Positions 13,701-24,400 of a DNA stretch of 64,000 nucleotides are shown here, piece after piece; the first letter of the stretch is position 1; every line of letters starts with the position of its first letter. This DNA is from Stylophora pistillata (lineage: Eukaryota). Both the position numbers and the translations under genes were made by a program. Location: contig NW_019217793.1 of assembly GCF_002571385.2 (NCBI RefSeq), positions 1,229,054 to 1,293,053 on the forward strand. Direction: 5' to 3'. The notes below the pieces were generated by a model, which did not search any database, was not told where the DNA came from, and was given only the letters and a program-made list of their open reading frames with translations.

Positions 13701-15722
13701 GATGCTCTTCATGAGCTCTAAGAATATTTCCTGCTCAGCAGACGAAAGGCCATTCTTCTTTGACTTCGACCAGCGTTGCATTGCTTGCAATCTGTGGAAA
13801 TCACATATATACACCACACTTTTGGGAAATTGTTCTTCGAGAGCAGCGATTTCTGCATTGGAGTAATCCACCATGAAGTACGCCGGATTCCACGCTGGGT
13901 TCCATCCCTTAATTATAGCAAGTGCTTCACTTATAGAGGCTTGATCCTCTGATTGACACATAAATTCAGCCACGACCTTATATCCCACGTTAGTATGTAC
14001 ACAAACGAAAAAGAGAGGAATTGCGTACCTTGTAGTTTTGTATGTGGCGTCCATCAAGGCCAGTTCACTACCATATCTTTCAAGCATTCGTTGTTGCCAT
14101 GGCTCTTGATGAACAAAGAGGAAGGTCTCCCCAGCAGCTCTAGATCTTGGTTTATCTATGTCGTTAATGACGACGTCTCTGGTTCTGTAAAAGAAGTTGC
14201 TTTTGGGAGACTTGGTTTGCCATTCTTCAATTTTTCTAGCCAATGCTTCTTGGTCATCATCGCAATACTTCACTGCTGAAATCGCCTTGGCAATGTGGTT
14301 ACGCAAGTCCCGGCGACCAGGGTAGTATCGTCTGTTTGTCTTCTTCGGTCTTCGTTCCTCGGGTTGGTAAGAAAATAATTCTTCTGCCACATACTTGTCA
14401 AGGGACCTTTGCACCTCAGAAAGGTTGGTTATGTTTTCTTTTACAAGCTCGTAGATTTTGTCGACTACACGTTTATCGACGTATTGTCCTATCGTGGACG
14501 ACTCCCCGACAGGGTGGTTGACATGGGTGGAGCTCAAGGGGATCTTCACGTAGAACCGCGTCGAAGTACGGAAACTAAATCCCGGGTCTCTTTTCGATTT
14601 GTCATTGATTTCTTTTAGAATGGCCCTCTTAGCCATCACAAAGCCATTATCCGACAGGCACCTTGCCTTGTCAACGAAGTAATCGTTATACACCTCAATA
14701 CAACGGATCTGCATAACGGCTGAGCAATCCAATTTTCTCGAATTCTGCAAACGTATTCTGCTCTTGCTTGCATAGTCGTGTACGTTATTGTTGTCTTTCT
14801 TCAAGGTACAACCTCCGCGGGCATCCTAAGCGATACATAGGATTTAAATATAGATCACGGACGTGTTCTACGGGGGCAAAATTTATATTTCTCTCAGCAG
14901 CGATATCATTTGGGATTTTCACTGACCTCGCTGCTATTTGACCAAAGAAATATGAGGTCAACACCCTTCCCCTCACATTTCTTTGGGTAACTTGGTCATT
15001 AGCAGCTCAAATTCAACCTCTTGACCCTCAGTTTCCCTTCTATTTTTTTCATTACCTTATTTGTTTACTTTCGAATTGTCTGTCTGTTTATTCATTTATT
15101 GTAATTATAACCAACCTTTGTAGATCCATGTATACAATGTCGAGTTTCACTGCTACAGATTGAAAAGGGATGGCCAAAGAAATGTATGGGGACATTTCCG
15201 CGGTTATTTTCAAAGACAGGAGGTGCTGACAAATGAAAACAAAAAGAATTGTTGAGCAACATGTCTTATTTCCGGTTAAAGTGCAAAGGTTACAATTGGG
15301 ACTTTCACAAGGCGCTAAGAACCCGACAATGAAAACCTTTGACCCAAAGCCACAGTTAGCTGACCGTTAAAGTAGAGACAGATGAACAACAAAAGAATGA
15401 CAGCAACAACGAAAACAAACAAAGAAACTCAAATGAAATAAAAACAGGGAGTGCAGCCGTAGCGGTCGTCTTTCACAGTTTGCATAAGACTGCAATCCAC
15501 AAACTCTGAAAGAAAGAGGTGGTTCTTATCTATCTCAATTATCCCTGAATTACACAGAATAGAATAGGAAAATATTTTTTTTCGTAACTACAATCCAATT
15601 CTTCGCTTGCGCGATGCGAGAAAACCTGTTTAACCGGTACTTCAATAGACGAGTACAAATACCGCGTGATATTTGTACTCGTCTATGGCGTTATTTGTAC
15701 TCGTCTAGGTGTAGTTGGATAA
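10677..15722 (-). mobile_element. ~5 kb DNA-transposon-like insertion carrying a MULE-type transposase gene; hairpin termini; 8-bp flanking direct repeat TAATTATA
   Basis: Interrupts the segment paralogous to 6220-6335 exactly. TAATTATA at 10669-10676 and 15723-15730. ~145-bp hairpin at the left end. ttattatccaac (10822-10833) is inverted against gttggataataa (15714-15725). Confidence 0.85.
11839..15225 (-). CDS. Spliced CARF/ALS2CR8-like + MULE DDE transposase + SWIM + Ulp1/C48-like + PHD protein (exons 15225-15116, 14825-12477, [missing exon(s)], 12384-12276, 12182-12070, 11983-11839; 5' exon not found)
   Basis: MULE motifs LMDATYKT, FMVDYS, ICDFH, TNNGTEAQN. SWIM CTCASWLKSNYPCKH. CARF-like FFGHPF..CIHG, KLDCSA, RFYVKIP..H..H, RRYYP..DLRNHI. 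Ulp1-like QTDSYNCGVIVCLFARCL. PHD CKIC..WLGCDSCGQFFHASC..FTC. GT-AG sites are phase-consistent except across the N at 12408. Confidence 0.85.
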
Positions 15723-16014
15723 TAATTATAATTTACGCAGTTGACTTGTCAGTGTCACGTTCCTTACCTTATTCTTGTTCAGTAGCAGGAGAATTGGCAC
15801 TCATAGGCCCGTGGATGCCGCTGATTTTTCAAATATCTTTATTTGCGGCTTGAAATAGTTTCAATATATTTAAACACTAAATGCACCAACGAAATCGATT
15901 CAAAGATTCAGGATTCATCTTTCGGCAAAGTTTTAAAAAATTCTGTTCATATAGTTGAGACTGTATTTAATTTTCTTTTGTCCAAAGTCGACAACACAGT
16001 CAAGGTAATTTGGT

Positions 16015-16112
16015 AATATAAACTAAGTTGAAATTGTAAATTGGCCACTGTAAACAGTTAAAAAGCTGAAAAAGCCAAAAAGCTGACGTTTCGAGCTTTA
16101 GCCCATAGTCAG
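16015..16112 (-). mobile_element. Penelope-like 3' repeat fragment
   Basis: Reverse complement matches ctgac..gggctaa.gctcgaaacgtcagc...gtggccaatttacaatttcaact, seen next to the GIY-YIG ORF at 52822-53335. Confidence 0.7.
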
Positions 16113-18423
16113 AACACAGTTTAGAATTTCCTTGAATACATTTTCAGCCAGAAATCTTCATAAAGCAAAGCGCTGGTGCATCACTCGGCCATAAGAACGG
16201 CCATGAGAACAAATCATTTGGTACTGTCTTGTAGTTTTTCAGCAGTGGCTCTCTAAGAGTTCTCTGAAGAATTCTATGATTACTCGTTTAAATACTTCGT
16301 TATATCCTGACTAAACTCTAAAAGCGTGAGAGGGGTGGAAACAAGTCAGAGTGTGACACGTAACGACGCAAAGAAGGGACGACGGAAGGGCAGCTCCATC
16401 TCACCTCGCGTGCCTCCTGCTCACTTTTAAAAAAGACTGGGAACGAGTCGTGGACATGGTCGTATAAATCAAGGGTTTCATTTGGTTGCCCAGTTGCGTT
16501 CAAACATGAAACAGATACTTGACAGTGCATGGTCTATGTTGATCGGTGACAAGAAGTGTAATCCAGTGGTAGAATTATAGACTCTTTACCAAGGTTTCCC
16601 TGATTTTCAAAATTGTTTCTCCCCGGTCTATTAAAAGCGCTTATTATTTCTTCCACGGTGTCATTCAAATGGTCAGTCAATGAATTTTTCAATGAGTCTA
16701 CATGACGTCTCACATGAAGACAGGTTCGGACGATCAACTTACTTGCCCGTAACGGACTTATTGACTTGGAGAATTTCGATAACATTTTAAGTTTCAAATG
16801 TAATGTGCTCTAGTCAAATCAGTTTCAATTATCGCATGGAAATATTTGGATTTTAACTCCCCGTTTATCGTTATTTTTTAGTACATTTTACTTTGTTTTA
16901 TGTTTTTTTTTTTAAATTTTACTCGCCTTGCAAGCCATCAAAATTGAAACAAGGGCTTTTTTGTGGTTTTAGGGAATATCATGTTATTTCAGAGTGTAAT
17001 TTAAACGAATGAAGTAAATGGAATTTTTTTGGATTAGTCTACGAATCAAATTCACTCAACACAAGTAGCCATAAGCTACATAGTTTCGAGAAGGGTCGAG
17101 AGTATCCTTAGACACAGAGTATAGCTTTGTTCCCGCGCATGACTGTAACGGTCCTAAGAATTAGACTGTTACTTTAGGTTTCATTGTAAAAAATGCTGTT
17201 GTCGGCGTTTTTATCGCGTCAATGACTTATTCAGTTTCTGTAAACCTAAATAAACTGTTCAAAACAAAAAGTTGACGAAAAGACGATGTTTTTGCCATCC
17301 GTCGTTGAAAGCACCTGACTAGATGTTTTTTCAATTCAAACTACTTGACCTCCCGTTGACTTTGAAGTTACTATGATGTCAATGTGATTAGATAGAGCCG
17401 AGTGCAAACAAGACGGTATCAGTAGCAAGGCGCTTTATGACACCGTGTCATTAGATTGAGTCATCAATTTCAGGGGCATTACTTCATTGTTTAACTCGTT
17501 GCCAGCGCCTTCAAAGCACGCCTGGCAGTTAATTGTGACACATGCACACAGGGGGGACAGTACAACTTAACATAGCGTAGAAGCAATATGAATAGTCACT
17601 TAATTGGCTTTAGTGGCCAGCCTCAGACGATTTCCAAGAAACATTTCTAAATTATTTGGTAAATATTTGGATAAAATCATCTGATGTTACGGCGAACAGG
17701 AAAAATGAGTAAAATTGTGGAATGAAATGTCAGGACGGCGTAAAAGTGATGATTTAGGTCAATGAATGGTAAATTGGTGCATATTTTTTCATGCAGCGCA
17801 CTCGATGAGCTTAACTGAATATTCCACCTGTTATACTCTTCAAAAGTCATCCTTTTAAACGGTTCAGTGGCATCACATGTCTTTCAATGTCTTCCTTGTC
17901 AGGTTGATATCCATCTACGGGCTGAAATGTGACTTATCTGTCCCCGCCACAGATTTGAATCCGTTCCATTCTGTGAGTCGAGTTGCGACGCATCCGCTTT
18001 CAATTTGGTCCACTACCCATCTTGAATGTTGCTGTTAGAGCTAAAGGGTGTGAATGTTTTTCGTTTAAGCGCCGACAAGCCCGTGAATTTCACCACAATG
18101 ACGTAATTGTTTGAAACTGCCAGAATTCTCGTCGTGTGATGTCATGGTAATGCTTGTCAAGCAGGATCGTAGATGGGTTCCAGTTGTAGTTGGTACGCGG
18201 ATCCCTTAACAATCGGTTTTTTTTCCTATTTCTGCGGCGATTTTCAAACTTGGACCCTGATGCGAGATTTAACAGATTTGGAAGACTCGTACCATGATAG
18301 ATTAATTAATCTCAATTATGGCCACGATGATTTGTTAAAGTTTTGGTCGCGGGGAGCGAGAAGACATTGAATTGCATCCATGGTAATTTGGAGAGTACCG
18401 TCCTATCGTATGGTCGATTTTCA

Positions 18424-21400
18424 ATGTGCATAAGAGTGGGGAATTCTGGAGATGTCCGAAGCGTTAGAAATTTGCGTACCAAACGCATTTGGTTTGTCAT
18501 CTTGTCAGTCGGCCTGTTACAAGGTACTTCTGTTGAAATGTTTTGCTTGTGTTTCTATTGATCTTACTTCTGGTAGAAATCCTAGCACATATGGTAAAAT
18601 GATATGAATCGTTTGTTGAATTCGTCCCTCTAACAGTTCGGAGACCTCAGCGAGTTGTGTTCTCCAAGCTTTTTTCAAAGAGGGAGAATTTTGTTAAACG
18701 AAACTGTCGTGATAGTTCTCAACATTTTAGTTTGATTAACTTAATTAACATTTGTTTGGATGGCTTAAAATGAACACTGTTCTTGGCCTCTTGTGTCAAT
18801 AACTACACTCGCTGGTTAATTATTGTCATCTACACAATCCTTTCCTTAATCACTGTTTTAACGATAATCAACCACAACCTTCAATAATCATCAAAAAAGA
18901 ACCAAAAATTCCACGAATAAAGAACGGCAACTTTTTTGTAGTGATCATGAGTCTTAAGTTGACATTCATTTAACGCTCGTCCCACTTGCAATTGTGTACT
19001 TTACACTCTAAATCTTACTGATTCATAAATTCGATAGCGTCTTTCTGGGTCTAAGGAACAAAATTCAATCCATTTTATTGACGATCACATGCCAAAAGTT
19101 TGATTTTTGTAGAATGAAGGGAAATGGTTGGCTTGCAATCGCCGATGGAAATACCATTTTCGTTTGTCTCTGCTTAACGTTCGAAAAGCGTGAAGGCTCA
19201 CGGTTTACGCCTCGAAGACAGGTATTCCTAAATAATTTACTTCTTGGGTTCAAAACCGGTTTGGAAAGCCAAATAAAATGTAGCAACCTTGTGATCTAGG
19301 GCAACTGTTTTATTTGCTATTTGGATAATACCTTGTTGATTTAGAAAGCTGGTGTAAGGATGAAGCAACGTGTTCTCGTGAAATTGACCTTCGAGATGTG
19401 TTTGCATAAACAATAAGAAAAGCTACCTGCTAAGTCAAGTGTCGAACTATGCTCCGGATCACTTGCTCTCAAAGGCGAGAACTCCTGAAAGATTTTCACT
19501 TTCGTAGTAATTGCACTTTGGAAAGGACGCCCGGCCCCATATAAACCTGCGATGGCTTCGAGGACAAAAAAACAAGTGTTAAAAAAAAGAAAAAAATAGT
19601 GTCGCAGAATAGACTTGTGGCTCGCTAATTCGTGTTTTGTTTGTCGCGCATCAACACCTTTTTTCCGCTCTATTTCCACCAAAAATTTCCCTCCAAACTT
19701 TCCAAGAATGAAGAACCGATCATAAGAAATAGTGTAATCAAGCTGGAATCTAGCAATTGTGATGAAATAAAAGGATATCACTCTTGCGTATACAGAAAGA
19801 TCGTCCAACCATACTCTTCAAATTAACTGTGTCAAAGTCCGTTTGGTATGCGGTTAATACCTAATTGTCCGAAGATAACTTGTGATTGTTAAGTGTTGAA
19901 ATAGTTATCGAAGAGATGACTAGTGAAACATCAAGTAATTATTGTAGAGTTACACAAATATGTATAAAGGTGTGTGTTCTGACGTTTTTGTTTTTTTCTT
20001 TCGTACATAAAATATGTTGGAATTGATAAAATATTCGTGTGACTTTTATCCTTTTTGTTTTATTGCTCAAGTAATTTGGTGTAAGTGGATGTCATTCATG
20101 TATGAAAAATGCTTTTTCCTATCGAGGAAATTTCCTTTAATCATTTACATTCGAGATGAGAGGCAAGATCAAATAGTTTAACAAAGTTCTTTCGTCTAGA
20201 ATGAACCGGTAAACGGCATGAAAATTCCTATCTCTTCCTTAGGAGAAAAGAGGAGCTGATGAAGATTCATTAGAGGGCGAAATACGGATTTTATTCATGT
20301 TTCAGTCATGAGCCATTTAACGTGTCTTTTTTTTTTTTTTACTTTTAAAGCGCACCAATGGATCCCTTTAAGTACATATTTTAAATAGAAACCGTATTTT
20401 CTTCTATGAGTGTACGTTTTCCTCATTTGGACAAAAAAACAGTTTTCTGCGTTTGTTCTATTTTACTTTAATAAAATAACTTATGTGTTTTCATTTGATA
20501 ATTTTAAAAAAATTATCAGTAAAATAAAGGGTACGGGTTTTGTGGGTGACTGGAAATCTTCAGTGGTAATGATTTTGCATCCAGTTATGGCCTCACGAGC
20601 TTAGATAGCTTTATGTTATTAGTGATTTCTGAGATTTCACCTTTCTAAGAGGTGCGTACCTTGAGAACCTTGTAATCTCAAATGTTATCTTGTAAACTTA
20701 TTTCATTTTTAAATCAAGGTGTGGTTTTCATCTAATTCTTACGTGAAAAAATCATTAACCAACGGCAACCTACCTAGGGCGTTTTAACGTTTAAACACTG
20801 AAGTGACTGCTTAGAGGGGGGAAATCAGGGCTGGCCAAAGTCCATTCCACCAGTGTTAACTCTAGTCTTAGTCCGGAGAGGGAAAGTCCGTTTTAAAAAA
20901 CGCTCCCAAAGTGAATCCACGCTCACGAAATGATATTTCCCCTCTTTTTCAAAGGTCGTTTTTACCTTGAAACAAATTCCCCGCTGCCGTCAACATATTG
21001 CTTGTATCATATTAGGGTTAGCCTTGATGCAGACTGAGAGAGGATCGGGCGTTATTCCTCGTGCTGACTTAAATGAAAATAGACTGTCGTTCGAGAGACC
21101 GTTTAGTAAATTCAAGTGAACTCGACAGATCCCAACGCTTAGACCAGAAGCCGTTTCCTTTTGCTCCAAAAAAAACTCATGAAAACCTTTAGGCCAAGAT
21201 ATTTTGAGTTTTTGTTACATTTTACGTATGTTCTCACCCTTTTTCCGCAGGCTCTACTCAAGCACATTTTAACGATTCGTTCAAATCATCTTCAAATCTA
21301 CTTTCAACGAATCTGACTGATACCAGAAAAGATGGAATCCACCCTTTCCATGTACAATCATCTTCATTAAGACAAAACCTTAAAGATGAACGTCGTTTGG

Positions 21401-24400
21401 ATGTTTCCTTCGCAAAAGAAATCAGAAGGCGTTCGACGAAAGCCAAACACCATGTTGTGTCTGATAAAGTACCACTCGAAACAATAAATTCTAATGTCAC
21501 GTTCACTGTTAAAGCGCAGCGGATTCCTTCAGATAATGTCACCCATTTCTCTCATAGTGTCACACACTTTTTTAATTTAACACGCTCTTTAAATGATTTT
21601 AACAAAATTGGAAGTGCCTTACATACTTCTCGTGGTAATTCTAGTCCCGAAATACAAGCCTCTATTGGGGAAAGATCGAAGGAAGGTGGCAAAAGAAGAG
21701 CCAAGAGGGGCCTGAAACTATCGTTAAATAAACCAGATCGGTCAAAGCTTCCCTCACATTATGAACGAGAGAGAACAAGCGACAAAGCTAAAACACACTT
21801 TGATTCTAGGGAAAAGAAGAGGAGAAAATACTCGTCAACAGTCATCAGCGAGCGACATCATCGTACACGTTCAAAACATCACGAAAGAAGCCTGAGGAGA
21901 TTTAAGCGTAAAACTGCCGTTTCTGATGAGGATGAACTTAAGCAAGAACGTTCTGTGAAGAGGATACGATCTCTGTATCATCTTCCGCTTCGTCTTGGTG
22001 GTGAACGAGTTTTACTGAGATTCAAACGTAAGTCGATTCCGGGACAGGGCGATGAGGTGGCACCGTCCAGCGACATTAAAGAACATAAAGAGAAACAACG
22101 CCCTCAAACAACCCATAAGAAACATATAAAGCCTCGAAGTGTATTTAAAGGAAAATCATCTACAGTTTCCTTAAATGGGATCATAAAGGGAGATTTCCTG
22201 AAAGAAACAGAGTGGAGGGCACCAAGTGATACAACAAATTCTTACAGCAAGGCTCTTGTTGACAGAAATGTCATTCCTCATGCGACATATGATCCAGTAA
22301 TATACGGGGCAAAGAGCTCTTCTCGGTCATTGAATCCAGCTAGACTATCCTCGATTCCCAAGGAATACAGTGCAATTAGCAACCGGAGACAGAGCGTTTC
22401 TAGCATCAACAAAGCTCTTTATCCCCCTGCGTCGACACTGAGTAATCAAGCCATAGCTTTGAAATCAGAGCCAAGGACACCACAAATTGCCTCTCTCTGG
22501 AGCACAGATTTTCCGCAAAACGCACCAGTTCTCAAGCAATTAAATATTCCGCATCCAGTGAGATATGGATACGGTGCTGGACAGCAACAGAAAAACAGTT
22601 TACAAAACACCGAGGATCAGAATAAAAAGCAGTTTATTCCCGCTTCACAGCGTTCTCCGTACGGTTATGGACATCAATTCAATTACCAGCCCCGGTTTAT
22701 TAAATCGCAGATGGCGCTCGCAGGTGGCAACCCACGAATCATTTCCTTTCCTAAAATGGGATCAATCAAACCATTGCCTTTTTCTCGAGAGGGGGCAAGA
22801 ATGAATCCAGAATGGCCTGTAGCCTCGCCTACGGTGAACTTTCACAATCCATTAAACTTTGGAAACGGTTTTTTACAGCGATCACGTGTTCCTGAAGGGC
22901 TTGTCTTGTACTTGAATTTTGAGAATGTGCAAAATGGTAGAGCAGCGGTTGCATCTTTGAAGGGAGATGTGACAGGCACGGACAAGCGAACAGAGATCAC
23001 AAAGTTTTTCGGATCATGCGGTAAAGTTGCAAGGATAAACAACGGAAGCGAGATACTTCTGGACGGAAAAAAGTTGAAGGTAAATAAAATTAACGCATGT
23101 AGTGATGATGAATGGGTTTAATGAGATGGCTCTACAGTCTGCAAGTTTAGTTTTTTTAAGTTGAAGCTGAACGTGGATTAGATTATGACTAAATGGTCGT
23201 TAGTTGTGGTCATGATGGGTTGAACAGCTTCACAAACGCTGCGTTCATACTGGGCTTAAACTGGCGTCCACAACTGATTCTCGCTCGAAACGCCATTTAT
23301 AGTGAGCTATCTACATTGATTTCCAAGGTGTCTAGTTAATTAACATCAACGTTTCTCGCAGATGCCTCAAACCTGAAGACGACTAAAACCTGAGGTGATA
23401 AACATGATTGGTTTTGCTCCGTGTCTTCCGCATTACTTCGAGAGAAATCGTGCTAAATTTTGGATAGGGACAATAACGATAGCTTTCGTAACTGTAAAAC
23501 AGTTGTTTCAAGTTGTGACATACATACAAGTTTGTTGCTAAGCTTTTAGGAGAACTTAGACGCTGGCCTTTAGAGGCTTAAATCGTTCAACTGACCGGAT
23601 GAATTCACCAACCATTCACGCAAGGGGCGGGGTAGCGTATTCAAATTTGCATAATTCATCTCTCGCATAAAACGCCAGGTATTGTGGGAGATGATGTAAA
23701 CTCGTTTCCTTGGTGCGACTTGGGACGAAGATTGTAGTAGCTCTTTAGGGAAACAAATTCCTCGACATTTTTACTGGGTTAGATATCTTTGGAGATGCGA
23801 TATCATGTCTTCATTTTGAGTTTTGTTCTTGGAATCTCTCTTCAGATGAAGCCCCGTCAGGCCGTAAGTATTGCAGCGTGGATAAAACTCGACTCTAACA
23901 AAGGTTATCACTCGATATTCGACACAGTAGGTGGCCATTCAATGCATCAGAAAGGACAATATCATTTCGAAATTCAAGATGGCAGCCTTCGGTGGTTCCA
24001 CAGGAATGAAACTGGGGTTACAATCTTCAGCGTTGAAACAGGTATGGCGGCGAATGACAGTTCAAATGAGTCGTCAAGACCAGCTCTTTGTTACTTCTTC
24101 ACGCGGGATAATTTATTCTTTTGGCGAGAGAAGGTTATCGCGTAATTATGATGAGCTATGCTTGGTGTACTTCTGCAAAATATTACATCTGCTGTTAGAA
24201 ACCTTTAATTGAATTTCACCCTAATCTATCGGATATAATAAAAAATTAACGAGTCCATCTGAGAAGGGGTCTTTTCCGTCGTTCTTCATTATGGCGTATG
24301 AAGGGCATTGCTATTCCTTAACCATTATTCGAAGTGCAGCTCAAGCAACGTCGTCTGAATTGGGGGGTGGGGGACTTCAATTGTTGTAAGAGGAAAACAG

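Noticed and set aside
14785-14976. ORF as frameshifted N-terminus of the transposase
   Set aside because: An in-frame acceptor (TTAG|GAT, 14825) and an upstream CARF-like exon explain the 5' end without a frameshift.
19341-19808. 155-aa antisense ORF in intron 1 of the receptor
   Set aside because: No recognisable motif, includes a T-run-derived Phe stretch, no splice support.
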